Shown one piece after another: positions 46,291 to 55,600 of a DNA stretch of 64,000 nt. The stretch spans positions 1 to 64,000 of the IMG/VR virus record IMGVR_UViG_3300033070_000552; one strand, 5' to 3'. How positions within the stretch are numbered: position 1 is the first letter of the stretch; the number at the start of each line of letters is the position of its first letter. The DNA comes from a virus (taxonomy: Duplodnaviria; Caudoviricetes). The notes beneath the pieces were generated by a model. That model was not told the origin of the DNA, did no database searches, and was given only the letters and a program-made list of their open reading frames with translations. The position numbers and the translations under genes are program-made.

Positions 46291-46305
46291 GCGGGGATTG
46301 TACCG

Positions 46306-47286
46306 CTATCCGCCAAACCCGAGCGACTTGGCGATATCGCCCTTGGGGGGCTCGCCGTAGACGTGGCCGAGCAGGGCGGGGTTCTCGATGATCCCGCCGA
46401 GCCGACGGATCAGCGCGTCGCAATCGCGACCGACAAGACGCCTTGGGTCGATGAGCTTCTCGATGTTGTCCATGTCGTCGAGCATGGAGAGACGCCAGAT
46501 ATCGAGCGCCTCGAACATGTGCAACGGACGCGGGTAGTCGCGGGGGCGAACCTTGGCCATGCCCGGGACCCGATCCTGCGGACCCTGCCTCGTGGGGATT
46601 GTCGGCTCGCCCTCGATAAACGAGTACCCCTCCATCATTCGCTCGGCGACGAACCCGGCGGTCACCCCGACGACGCGGCGGTCGCGGTTGAGCATGCGAA
46701 CGAACCGGGCCCCCTGCACGTCCTCGGTCTCCTCGGAGATCGGCGGGCGGGTCTCGGTTCGCTTTGAAAGAGCGGCGACGCGGGTCTGGGGTTTGGGATC
46801 GGGCTTTGGCTGCTCGTCCTCGTCGTCCTTCGGACGCGGCGCACGCTTGACGCGGCGATAGGGCCGCTCGTCCTCGTCGATCCCCTCGATCTTGATTTTG
46901 GTGGGGGTGGGCTCGGAGTCGTCCTCCTCGGGCTCGATCGGGCGAACGGTGATCCGGCCCACGCGGGTCATGGGCGGGGGGCTCCTCGGGGCGGGCTCGG
47001 TAAAGCCCTCGTCCTCCGCGACGCTCCCGGGGCCGGGTTTATTTCGTGGTGAAATAACGGGCCTGGGCTTGGACGCCTTGGGGGGATTGACCGGATTGGG
47101 CGGCTCGACGATCGCGTCCGGGGCGAGGATGAGCGGCCTCTTGGGGGCGACACGGACGGCGGGGGCCGACACCTCCGGTTTATTTCGTGGTGAAATAACG
47201 GAATCCTTGCGTCGTTCCGGGGGCTTGATCTTCGCGGTTGTCGGTTTGGTGATTCGAACGGACTCGATGCGGGTCTGCTTGGCCAT
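46306..47286 (-). CDS. Pro/charge-rich, largely disordered protein in the head module
   Basis: GAGGAG SD; low-complexity N-terminal two thirds containing two palindrome-encoded VISPRNK motifs; folded-looking C-terminus. Confidence 0.6.
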   Translation of the reverse strand: MAKQTRIESVRITKPTTAKIKPPERRKDSVISPRNKPEVSAPAVRVAPKRPLILAPDAIVEPPNPVNPPKASKPRPVISPRNKPGPGSVAEDEGFTEPAPRSPPPMTRVGRITVRPIEPEEDDSEPTPTKIKIEGIDEDERPYRRVKRAPRPKDDEDEQPKPDPKPQTRVAALSKRTETRPPISEETEDVQGARFVRMLNRDRRVVGVTAGFVAERMMEGYSFIEGEPTIPTRQGPQDRVPGMAKVRPRDYPRPLHMFEALDIWRLSMLDDMDNIEKLIDPRRLVGRDCDALIRRLGGIIENPALLGHVYGEPPKGDIAKSLGFGG

Positions 47287-47304
47287 CGGCGAAATACTCC
47301 TCGG

Positions 47305-48111
47305 CTATTGCTTCCTGAGTGGCAACGGCCGGACGGGGAAGTACGACAGGGCCGAGCATGGCGAAAGGTTCACCACCTCGACCCCGATCTTGGCGGCATG
47401 ATACGCGATTGTTTCGTAGCCCGCGAACATATTGACCCGCTGCGGGTAGTTCTTTGACCTCTCCCCGGCCTCGCGCGTCCCGAACCCGTGGGTCTTGTCG
47501 CCGACACACTGGAGGTCGTGCCCGAGCAGATAGATCGGGCCGCACCCCATCCACATCGCGACTTGGATCGCCGCGACCCCCGACGACCACCCGTGGAAAA
47601 GCTGTCCGACGACATACTCGATGTTTCGAGGGCCAAGCTGGTTGGGGTCCTGCATCGCCCCCGTCGGGGTATAGATGTAATCAACATCCTCCTGGCACTC
47701 GAACCCCGCGATCAGGAGCGATCCGGGGTTGGCGGCAAGCAGCGCCCGGAGCTGGTGGTAGCGGTCGTCCCAAAGCCCCCCGTCGATAATCATCAGGTAG
47801 TCGAGCCGGGGCACGGGATGGCCGCCCATCGAGCGGTCGGCGTCGTTGGTCGCGAACACGACCGGGTTTGCTTCGTCTAGGAGCCCCCGTACGGCGTTTG
47901 GATCGACAAGACCGCTAGACGGCCCCGAGGCGATCACGAGGGCGGGGCGACCCTTGTGGAGCCCGGGCATGGCCCCGTAGAGCGACCCCCGACGGTCGGG
48001 GTAGGGGTCGGGCTTCCACCCGTCCCTGAGTCGCTCCCTGGCGAGCCACGGGGGCATATCGACCTTGCGTTTTCCATCGGGGGAGATCAGACGGACGGCG
48101 GGCTCGCTCAT
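47305..48111 (-). CDS. MAF/DUF115 (MptE-like, GT29-related) transferase
   Basis: HKGRPALVIASGPS, VFATND, DYLMIID, SSGVAAIQVAMWMGCGPIYLLGHDL. Confidence 0.8.
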   Translation of the reverse strand: MSEPAVRLISPDGKRKVDMPPWLARERLRDGWKPDPYPDRRGSLYGAMPGLHKGRPALVIASGPSSGLVDPNAVRGLLDEANPVVFATNDADRSMGGHPVPRLDYLMIIDGGLWDDRYHQLRALLAANPGSLLIAGFECQEDVDYIYTPTGAMQDPNQLGPRNIEYVVGQLFHGWSSGVAAIQVAMWMGCGPIYLLGHDLQCVGDKTHGFGTREAGERSKNYPQRVNMFAGYETIAYHAAKIGVEVVNLSPCSALSYFPVRPLPLRKQ

Positions 48112-48138
48112 AGCCGAAAGATTAGCCACCGGCGCACG

Positions 48139-48174
48139 AAAAAACCCGGCGTGGTTCCGTCAACCACGCCGGGC
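48139..48174 (-). terminator. intrinsic terminator after the major capsid gene
   Basis: CCCGGCGTGGTT-GACGG-AACCACGCCGGG followed by TTTTTT. Confidence 0.85.
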
Positions 48175-48213
48175 CTCTGGAGAACCCGAGCGACGCGCTC
48201 GGCAAACCGCAAC

Positions 48214-49149
48214 TTAGAACGAGGCCTTCATCGAGACGAGCAACTGCGAGTCGAGCGTCTTGACGCCGTAGAGAAGATCGACCGAGATCATCGTGGCGAA
48301 GAAAAGGTGCTGGTAGGAGATCGTCACCCGCAGCGAGAGGCCCGCGTCGGGATCGGTCGCGACCTGCTGCTCAGCGCCCGCCGTGCGGCCCGTCGCCGTG
48401 CCGAGCACGCGGGTGACGAGGGCCATCGCGTCGCGGTGCATCGCGAGGTTGTGGCGAACGTTGGGCGAGCCCGCGTTGATCACGTTGCTCGAACGATACA
48501 CGTCGAACCCGCGAAGCCGACGGATGTACCCATCGCGAAGGGCGGCGTCGCTGCCCGACTCGTTGGTCTTGGTGATCGTGTCGAGGTTCAAGATCGCTTC
48601 CTCGTCGTCGTCGCTGACGATGAGAACGCGGTTGGGCTCAGGGGACTTGTTCTTGTTGAGGCGGGTGCGGGCCTTGACCACCTTCAAACGCCAGTCGTTG
48701 GCCGAGGTGAGGTCGACGCCGTACGAGGCGTCGGGGTAGAGCGCAAGCAGCGACTTGTCGAGCTGGTTGGCGACGGCGAGCATGGCGGGCTCCATGTACT
48801 CGTTCATGAGGTTCGCGACCGACCGGCTCGCTTCGCGGTCCTTGATCTTGAACGTCGCGTGCTTGTGGTTGTTCAGGGTCACGGCAACGTTGGTCGCCGA
48901 GAGGTTCTGAACACCGAGGCCGCCGTTGATGTCAGCGCCCGAGACGGCGGCGGTGTTGCCCGCGTCGGTATCAACGTCCGAGATCGTCATCGTGCCCGGC
49001 TTGCGGGTGTTGACGACATCGCCCATCTGGGCCAGATCATTCTGGAAATCGAGACGAACGAGCTTGGGGAGGGCGATCTTCTCGTGCAGGATCGCGATGC
49101 CCTGCTTGGACCAGATCGTGGGGTCGTACGCGGTGATGCTATTGGCCAT
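48214..49149 (-). CDS. major capsid protein (HK97 fold, P22-coat-like)
   Basis: MANSITAYDPTIWS...GDVVNTRKPG...TLNNHKHATF...GYIRRLRGFDVYRS...VDLLYGVKTLD. Confidence 0.9.
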   Translation of the reverse strand: MANSITAYDPTIWSKQGIAILHEKIALPKLVRLDFQNDLAQMGDVVNTRKPGTMTISDVDTDAGNTAAVSGADINGGLGVQNLSATNVAVTLNNHKHATFKIKDREASRSVANLMNEYMEPAMLAVANQLDKSLLALYPDASYGVDLTSANDWRLKVVKARTRLNKNKSPEPNRVLIVSDDDEEAILNLDTITKTNESGSDAALRDGYIRRLRGFDVYRSSNVINAGSPNVRHNLAMHRDAMALVTRVLGTATGRTAGAEQQVATDPDAGLSLRVTISYQHLFFATMISVDLLYGVKTLDSQLLVSMKASF

Positions 49150-49221
49150 GTGAGACACTCCTGGGTCGGGATCCGTGCGTCGGAACACCCGACGCTCCCG
49201 GCCCGATTGATGACTCGACCC

Positions 49222-49257
49222 ATTTTCTCACAAACCCAAATTCTGTCAACCTGTCAA
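49222..49257 (-). promoter_or_regulatory. promoter upstream of the major capsid gene
   Basis: Tandem TTGACA; proximal TTGACA-N13-TGA-GAAAAT. Confidence 0.55.
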
Positions 49258-49266
49258 GCCGCCCGG

Positions 49267-49303
49267 AAAACAACACGCCCCGGGTGTGTGACCCCGGGGC
49301 GTG
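49267..49303 (-). terminator. intrinsic terminator after the scaffold gene
   Basis: CACGCCCCGGG-N8-CCCGGGGCGTG followed by TTGTTTT. Confidence 0.75.
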
Positions 49304-49341
49304 CTCCACTCAACTCCACGGCACCTTGTGTGGGGTTGGCG

Positions 49342-50178
49342 TTATGCGGTCTCGGCGGCCTTGGGGAGCGGGTTGATATGCCGCGTGTTGGAGTCGGCCT
49401 GGGCGAAAATCTTGCTCTTGTTCTTGTTGAACTCCGCGACGGACATGTTGGCGATATCGTCGCTGGAGAACTGGCCGTTGACGCCGGTCCCCGCCCCGGT
49501 CTGCGACTGCGATCCCGATCCGCCCTTGGGCTTGACCGCCGCCGCCCACGCGGTCTTGGCGATCTTGTCGGCGACGAACTCCTCGGGCGTCATGGGGTTA
49601 CCCTTCGCGTTGCGGGGCGAGGTCTTGGTGATCGGGTCCTGGATCATAAATGCGCCGGGCACGGCGGGGTTGTCGACGAACCAGTCGGCGAGCCGCAGGG
49701 CCGCGATGATCTGGTCGGCGGGGACCTCGGTGTGCTTGGGGCACTCGTTGGTGAGGAAGTTGGTGAGCCGCATGTCGCGGATGCGGGCGTCGGCCTCCGC
49801 CTTGGCCTTGGAGGCCTCCTGCTGGGCGCTGGCGAGATCGTTCTGGGCCTGGTCGAGAAGTTTCTTCAGCTCGCCCTGTTCGAGCAGTCGCTTGTTCTCT
49901 GCCTCGGCCTTCTCCCTCTTGAGCTTGTCGAGTTCCTTTTTGTCCGCGTCGCTCACGGTGTTCTTCGAGAGGTCCGCGATCTTGGCGTTGAGTTCGGCAA
50001 GCTGGGCGTCGCGGGCGACAAGTTCGTCCCGCAGCCGCTTCTCGTTATCGCTCGGGCCTCCGGGGCCGGGAGCGGGGGGATCGCCTTCGGGGCGATCAAA
50101 TCGGGAGGTGATCGATCCCGCCACCAGAAGCATGGCGAGAGCGGAATCGGGGAAGCGACGGCGACGACGGTTTTTCAT
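49342..50178 (-). CDS. capsid scaffolding protein
   Basis: Charged coiled coil, PKGGSGSQ and DIANMSVAEFNKNK C-terminus, directly upstream of the capsid gene. Confidence 0.8.
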   Translation of the reverse strand: MKNRRRRRFPDSALAMLLVAGSITSRFDRPEGDPPAPGPGGPSDNEKRLRDELVARDAQLAELNAKIADLSKNTVSDADKKELDKLKREKAEAENKRLLEQGELKKLLDQAQNDLASAQQEASKAKAEADARIRDMRLTNFLTNECPKHTEVPADQIIAALRLADWFVDNPAVPGAFMIQDPITKTSPRNAKGNPMTPEEFVADKIAKTAWAAAVKPKGGSGSQSQTGAGTGVNGQFSSDDIANMSVAEFNKNKSKIFAQADSNTRHINPLPKAAETA

Positions 50179-50214
50179 GGACGGGGTTCCTTGAGGCGTT
50201 GATCGATCCGGGGT

Positions 50215-50742
50215 TTATCCACGGCCCGTGTACAGGGACGTAACGGCCGAGCGGATCAACCCGGCGCGCTGGAGAATGGTGAGGGTGGCGATCGACACGT
50301 TCTTGTTGGCGGCGTTGGCCCGCTGGGGGTCGATGCGGTACGAGACCGATCCGACGGACGACTCGACGATGCCCCGCTTGATGTCCTTGGCGATCGCGTC
50401 GATCGCGTTGAAGTACGAGCACGCCTCGGCGACCTGGGCGAGCTTGATCGGGTCGTTGATGACGTTCTCGTTCTCGGGGCGGTCGGTCCCGAGCCTAGGG
50501 CATGCGCGGGACTGGTTCTCATAGGTTTTCTCGCCCTTGAACTGGAGCGAGTCCATCCCGACCGCCGCGTCGATGAGGGCCTGGGTTTGCAGGTCGCTCG
50601 GCGCGGCGACGAACCCCGACGTATCGACCCCGTAGACCTTGTAGGCCGCGAGCCTGGTCGCGTAGGTCAGGGCCTCGGTGAGATCGGCCACGTACGAGTT
50701 GGTGGTGGTGCCGGACCTGGTTGCGTCGAGTGTTGCGGTCAT
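50215..50742 (-). CDS. DnaT-like head-tail adaptor protein
   Basis: NSYVADLTEA...QALIDAA...FKGEKTYENQSRACPR...IKLAQVAEA...ESSVGSVSY. Confidence 0.7.
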   Translation of the reverse strand: MTATLDATRSGTTTNSYVADLTEALTYATRLAAYKVYGVDTSGFVAAPSDLQTQALIDAAVGMDSLQFKGEKTYENQSRACPRLGTDRPENENVINDPIKLAQVAEACSYFNAIDAIAKDIKRGIVESSVGSVSYRIDPQRANAANKNVSIATLTILQRAGLIRSAVTSLYTGRG

Positions 50743-50807
50743 GGTGCGGTTGATAATACCGCATTTGGGAGTCCGCGTCACCTTCGGGGTACGGCTGGGA
50801 GTTTATT

Positions 50808-51542
50808 TCATGGTGAAATAACCCGGAATGGCCGACCCGGCATCCTTCGGCCCGAGGGCTTGTACCCGGGGGAGGCGGCCCCCGAAACGACCGCGATCTC
50901 CCTGAACAGCCCCTCGATCTTCACGAGCCTCTGCCGGATGTACTCCCGCGTGAACCCGAGCGAGTTGCCGACTTGTTCGAGCGTCCGTCCGCTCAACCTT
51001 CCGACGACGATGAGATACTCGATATCGTCCAGCGAGTCCATGATCGCGTGAACCGCCTGCCGCTCGATCGGCGAAAGAGGCTCAGGCGTTTCCGATCGGT
51101 CTACGAGCTGCGAGGCCCGGTCCCACTTGGCGATTTTGCCGTACGGATCGCTCAGCGATTGAACGTACCCGGTCCTTCGCATGATCTCCGCCGTTTGCTC
51201 GGGCATCTGGTGGAAGTCGACGACCCCGCGAATCAGCCTGTCGTTTCGTCTCCGCATACGAACGAGCCAGTGGGGCAGGAAGTTGAACGCGGCGGTCTTT
51301 GGGTCGCACGAGCCGTCGTACTTCGAGAGGCGGTCGCCGACGTACTCGAATGCATAAGACACGTACTCGTCGGCCCGGTCCCCGCAGCACTTCCCGCAGT
51401 GGAACCGGATCAGGCCGATATGTCGCTCGATGAATGCGTTGCGGGCCTGGGTGTCGCCCCTGGAGGCGGCCTCGGCAAGATCGCGATCGGTGCGGGGATC
51501 GGCGGATCGCTTGGGGTCCTGAACGTAACGGATATTTGACAT
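50808..51542 (-). CDS. phage RNA polymerase sigma70-family factor
   Basis: RGDTQARNAFIERHIGLI (regions 1.2/2.1), LSKYDG, region 4 RTLEQVGNSLGFTREYIRQR. Confidence 0.85.
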   Translation of the reverse strand: MSNIRYVQDPKRSADPRTDRDLAEAASRGDTQARNAFIERHIGLIRFHCGKCCGDRADEYVSYAFEYVGDRLSKYDGSCDPKTAAFNFLPHWLVRMRRRNDRLIRGVVDFHQMPEQTAEIMRRTGYVQSLSDPYGKIAKWDRASQLVDRSETPEPLSPIERQAVHAIMDSLDDIEYLIVVGRLSGRTLEQVGNSLGFTREYIRQRLVKIEGLFREIAVVSGAASPGYKPSGRRMPGRPFRVISP

Positions 51543-51575
51543 TCTGGAGACGTTCCCGTTGATAGATCGGCAAGG

Positions 51576-52649
51576 CTAGGGGGTTTTGAGCAGTCGTCGA
51601 ATCTGATCGTCGGTCTTGATCGATCCGTCGCGGTTGATCATGTCGGGGAGCGAGAGCTTGCGCGACTCGAACGCCTCCCGCTTGAGGTTCGATGGAAAGA
51701 AGTCGGCCCGGAAGTCTGGTGTCTCATTTCGCAAGAACTTCTCGAACGATCGGTCGGCGTTGCGGAAATACGTCCCGCCGGTGGGGGTCTGGTACGCGGC
51801 GACGTTGTAGGTCTCGTATCCGAGCCTCTTGTCGATCAGGACCGGCAAAAGTATGCACCGACAAAGTTGGTGCTGGGGAACGGGTGGCGCATCATCGACC
51901 GGGTACTCGCGGCCGTGCAGCGATGAACAACGTAAACAGGTTCTACGGTCGAATGTCGCCTCATAGCGAACCCCATCGATCAAGTCGGAGTTCTTGCGAT
52001 AGGTGTCGAGGTGGGCGGCGTTCGAGGCCGCCATCATCGACGTGCGGGCGAGCGATCGGATCTCGCCGACGACCCTCCCGGCGCCCGCCCGGGCTTTCCA
52101 CTTCGAGACCAGATCGCTCAGGAGGTATCCATCGGCGACCGCCGACGCGAGATCGGCCCGCATGAGTGACTCGACCCGGGCGGGGATATTGGCGAGCGAC
52201 TTCATTTCCGATCGGCCCGGCAGATCGGTCATGGCGAGCGACGTCCGCACCGCCGGGATATCCACCTTCGAGAACGAGACCCCGCTGGTCGAGATCGACG
52301 CGGGGGCGTTGTGGGCGATCCCGGAGGCCACGCGGTAAATCTCCGAACGGTAGACCGCCTCGGCCTCGGCCCCGACGACGGCCTTGATCCTGGCGGCCTC
52401 CGCGGCGGTGATCCGGCGAAGCCCCTGCAAGATCGCCGCGCGGCGGGCGATGATGTCCTTGACCTCTTTCGAGAACGCCCCGCCACCCAAGATCGATCGA
52501 AGCTCGGCATCCCATTGGTCGTAAAGCCGGGAGAGCATCGAGGCCACGCGGGCGTCTAACGCCGCCTCCCGCTGGATCAACCTCGCCCGGAGGTCCAAGA
52601 GGTCGCGTAGGAGGCCCTCGGGGGCGTTCTGTGGGGAGGGGGGTGGCAT
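51576..52649 (-). CDS. head morphogenesis / minor capsid protein (SPP1 gp7, Mu gpF family)
   Basis: RSLARTSM, YEATFDRRTCLRCSSLHGREY, PVPQHQLCRCILLP. Confidence 0.9.
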   Translation of the reverse strand: MPPPSPQNAPEGLLRDLLDLRARLIQREAALDARVASMLSRLYDQWDAELRSILGGGAFSKEVKDIIARRAAILQGLRRITAAEAARIKAVVGAEAEAVYRSEIYRVASGIAHNAPASISTSGVSFSKVDIPAVRTSLAMTDLPGRSEMKSLANIPARVESLMRADLASAVADGYLLSDLVSKWKARAGAGRVVGEIRSLARTSMMAASNAAHLDTYRKNSDLIDGVRYEATFDRRTCLRCSSLHGREYPVDDAPPVPQHQLCRCILLPVLIDKRLGYETYNVAAYQTPTGGTYFRNADRSFEKFLRNETPDFRADFFPSNLKREAFESRKLSLPDMINRDGSIKTDDQIRRLLKTP

Positions 52650-52947
52650 TAGGCGGGGTTGGAGGGCGATGCGTCCTGGGGGATCGTAGGGGAAACGGCG
52701 GCGTTATTTCGTGGTGAAATATCGGAGCCCCGAAGGGCCATCCTGGCGAGCTGCGCCCGCTGAACCCCTAGAAGCCCTTTGGAGTATCTCGCCGTGGGGT
52801 TTGCCGCGTCAAACACCGCCAGCCTTACCTCGGCCTCGCTTGGTTCTGCCCGAGGTGGCCCCTGCGGTGGTTGGCTGTCCGCTTGCCCCGTCGGTCTGGG
52901 GGGCTGTTCCACTCCCAGAATTTTTCCCAGAGTTTGGAGTAGTCCCA
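52649..52947 (-). CDS. possible small protein overlapping the portal 3' end
   Basis: AGGA SD, ATG 52947 (MGLLQTLGKILG...); its stop abuts the head morphogenesis start. Confidence 0.4.
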
Positions 52948-54749
52948 TTGGTCTTTTCCTTGGTGGCCGGTCCCGAACCGATCCCGGTGTCGCTGGCGGT
53001 CGGGATATCTCCGCTCTCGCCTCCATCCTCCATCGGCTGGCCCGTGAGAGGATCGATCGGCCCCGTCGGCTCGGGGTGGGTATCCATCGCGTCGCAAAGC
53101 TCGCCCGCAAGCTCCTCGGGGATGCCAAGGGCGGCGATGAGCATGTCGGGCGTGAGCGACGACTCCCGCTTCATGCCCATGAGCGACTCGGTGATCGTCG
53201 GCGACGTATCGAACATCGCGTCCACGTCGTCCACGTACTCCTTGTGCGGGCCGAACGGGTCGATCTTCTGCGAGAGGGCGATCGCTAAACGCCGCTTGAG
53301 CCGTGGGGGAATGAACGAGGCCGATGAAAGCTCGGAGTTCTGCGCGATCAGATCGTCGATCGTGAACACGTCGAACTGCCGGTTGTAGTGGGTCCGCTTG
53401 TGCGTGTCGTCCCCGGGGTAAATCTCCATCGCCACGAGCAGCTTGTTCTCGACGACCTCGACGGTCTCGGCGATCTTGGTGAGCAGCGTGTAGAGGGCTT
53501 CGAGGTCCCGCTTCTTCTTCTCGGCGCTCTCGGCGACGTTCTTCCCCATCGGCGACATCGAGACAAGCTCGAAGATCGCATTCTTGATCTCGTCGCGGCG
53601 GGACATGAGCGACGCGGCCTGCGACGGATCGCCCGCAATGATCCCGACCTTCGAGTTGGGGTTGGGCAGCACCATCGTGTTTCCAGCACCCTTGTCCGAG
53701 CCCGTGATGTTCTCGGCGGTCTCGCCGGTGATGTACCGCTGCGAGAAGGTGTTCTGGTAAAGTTCCTCGTCGAGTACCGACCCGAGGTTGAAGTGCTGGC
53801 GGTTGAGGTCGGCGATGTCCTTGGACGGGAACGGGAAGATCACGCGGAAGAACGGGCATTGCCCGAATAGATGATCGCCCCGCCCGACCTCGATAAGCCT
53901 CTGCTCGTTCTTCTCGGTCACGATCAGCCGGTAGAGCACCCAGTTCGTTTGTGTCCACTCGCGGTAGTAGATTTGGGTGATCGGCGGCGAGGTGATCGAT
54001 CCCTTGGTGACGACGGTTTCCTCGATCACGACCCGGACGATCTCGCCGCCCGACTCCTCAAAGTCGGCGACGCACCTTGGATCGATCCTCACGATGTACG
54101 GCCTGCCCTTGTGCTTGGGGTCGACCTTGTTGATCTGCGCGGCCGTCATCTTGGTCTTGCCGTCGGTCGCGAGAATGTTCGCGGCGTCGTACCCAATCCA
54201 CGCCTCGGTGTACTTGAGCCCGTCGAGGGTCATCTCGTCGATGTTTTTGTCGAGTTCGATCCGCTCGATCTCGGCGACGATCGCTTCGTCCTCGGGCCGC
54301 ACGGGATCGACCCCGAGCACGTAGCTCCAGAACTTGTCGATGATCGGCTTGACGAAATTGACATAGCTCGCCATGCGAAGACGGCGGGAATACTTCTCGG
54401 TCTTGAGCGTGGACTCGGACTTGTTGACGATCTGCGACGCGGTGGGAACGGCCTTGGCGGCGAGGAACGGATCGGCCCGCTCGTTCTCGTGCTCGATGAG
54501 GATCATCTGGCCCTTGTAGTCGGCGGCGAGTCGGTACATGGGGCCGCCGACGTACGAGGCGTCGAGGAAGTTGAACATGAGCTTGCGATCCCGGAGGTTC
54601 TCAAGCGGGAACATCGGGTAGCCGATATCGGTAAAGACCGGGGTCGGCGACGATGGGGCCGCGTCGGGCTTGGAGTTGCCTGGCGATGGGGACATCGCGG
54701 GATTGAACGGGGGCGAGAAGCTCGTGAGGTTCGCGGTGCGAGTTGCCAT
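52809..54749 (-). CDS. portal protein
   Basis: 646 aa between terminase and head morphogenesis; RRLRMASYVNFVKPII, PYIVRIDPRCVADF, AESAEKKKRD; disordered C-tail. Confidence 0.85.
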   Translation of the reverse strand: MATRTANLTSFSPPFNPAMSPSPGNSKPDAAPSSPTPVFTDIGYPMFPLENLRDRKLMFNFLDASYVGGPMYRLAADYKGQMILIEHENERADPFLAAKAVPTASQIVNKSESTLKTEKYSRRLRMASYVNFVKPIIDKFWSYVLGVDPVRPEDEAIVAEIERIELDKNIDEMTLDGLKYTEAWIGYDAANILATDGKTKMTAAQINKVDPKHKGRPYIVRIDPRCVADFEESGGEIVRVVIEETVVTKGSITSPPITQIYYREWTQTNWVLYRLIVTEKNEQRLIEVGRGDHLFGQCPFFRVIFPFPSKDIADLNRQHFNLGSVLDEELYQNTFSQRYITGETAENITGSDKGAGNTMVLPNPNSKVGIIAGDPSQAASLMSRRDEIKNAIFELVSMSPMGKNVAESAEKKKRDLEALYTLLTKIAETVEVVENKLLVAMEIYPGDDTHKRTHYNRQFDVFTIDDLIAQNSELSSASFIPPRLKRRLAIALSQKIDPFGPHKEYVDDVDAMFDTSPTITESLMGMKRESSLTPDMLIAALGIPEELAGELCDAMDTHPEPTGPIDPLTGQPMEDGGESGDIPTASDTGIGSGPATKEKTNGTTPNSGKNSGSGTAPQTDGASGQPTTAGATSGRTKRGRGKAGGV

Positions 54750-54779
54750 GCGATCATCATAGCAACCGGCGAGATTCCG

Positions 54780-55337
54780 TCATCGATTGAAGAGTCGCCC
54801 GCAGTCCTGGCACAGATATCGTCCGCTCGAAACGCCCTGATTGGCGACCTCGGTGGCGTGAACATGAAGGCACGGAGGATGGTCTACCTCCTTGGCGATT
54901 TCCCGCGCGGACTCAACGTCGTTCTTTGGCTTGCCCTGGATGAAGTCGGGAATCGGCCCTTGGACCAACACACCCTTCGGTTCGGTGATCGGATTGCGAT
55001 GCTCGTTCATCGCCGTAACGGCGTGGGCGAGGCAGTTGCGAAGGTTGTTGGCGGTGAACCGGCGTTCCTCCCAATTCGTCCAGCTTCCCGTAACGATGAT
55101 CGACTCGTTGTTCTTTCCGTTGCCCTCGGGATTCTGGCACAGGAAAGTGATCGACGATCCATCTTCCTCGCGAAGCATATCGATCGCCATAGCGATATGG
55201 GCCATACGGAGAAGCGGCTGGAGGACCTCGGCCGCTTCGAGATGCAAAAGCGATCCGGGCTTGTCGCCGTGTGCCTTGAGGTCGTTGATGAGTTGTTGGA
55301 AGTTGTTCGAGATGTCGGCGAACGATGGATATGGCAC
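54780..55337 (-). CDS. hypothetical protein with C-terminal zinc finger
   Basis: CLH...GRYLCQDCGRLF. Confidence 0.55.
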   Translation of the reverse strand: MPYPSFADISNNFQQLINDLKAHGDKPGSLLHLEAAEVLQPLLRMAHIAMAIDMLREEDGSSITFLCQNPEGNGKNNESIIVTGSWTNWEERRFTANNLRNCLAHAVTAMNEHRNPITEPKGVLVQGPIPDFIQGKPKNDVESAREIAKEVDHPPCLHVHATEVANQGVSSGRYLCQDCGRLFNR

Positions 55338-55396
55338 TGGGTGGTTCTCCGTACGTGGGGGCGGCGATATTTCACCGTGAAATAAACCGGGTTCGG

Positions 55397-55600
55397 TCAT
55401 ATCTGAAAGAGCGTCTCGCACTCCGGGCAGTAGAATCGCCCGGTCGACAGCGACGGGTTGTTCTGCTCGGGGATGCGGCTACGGTGCTCGCACGATCGCT
55501 CGACCTTGAACGGATGGGCGAGGGCCTGCCGGTCCTTCCCGAGATCGGCCTCGATCTTCGTTTCGTACCCCGGTACCGCGATTGTCGGTTGATTGATCAT
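55397..55600 (-). CDS. small zinc-finger protein
   Basis: CEH...GRFYCPECETLF; start uncertain. Confidence 0.5.
   Translation of the reverse strand: MINQPTIAVPGYETKIEADLGKDRQALAHPFKVERSCEHRSRIPEQNNPSLSTGRFYCPECETLFQI

Noticed and set aside
47956-50202. Long plus-strand ORFs (e.g. 47956-50202, 24758-26839, 41862-43619, 486-2039)
   Set aside because: They are antisense shadows of well-supported minus-strand genes in high-GC DNA, with no recognisable motifs, SDs or promoter signals.
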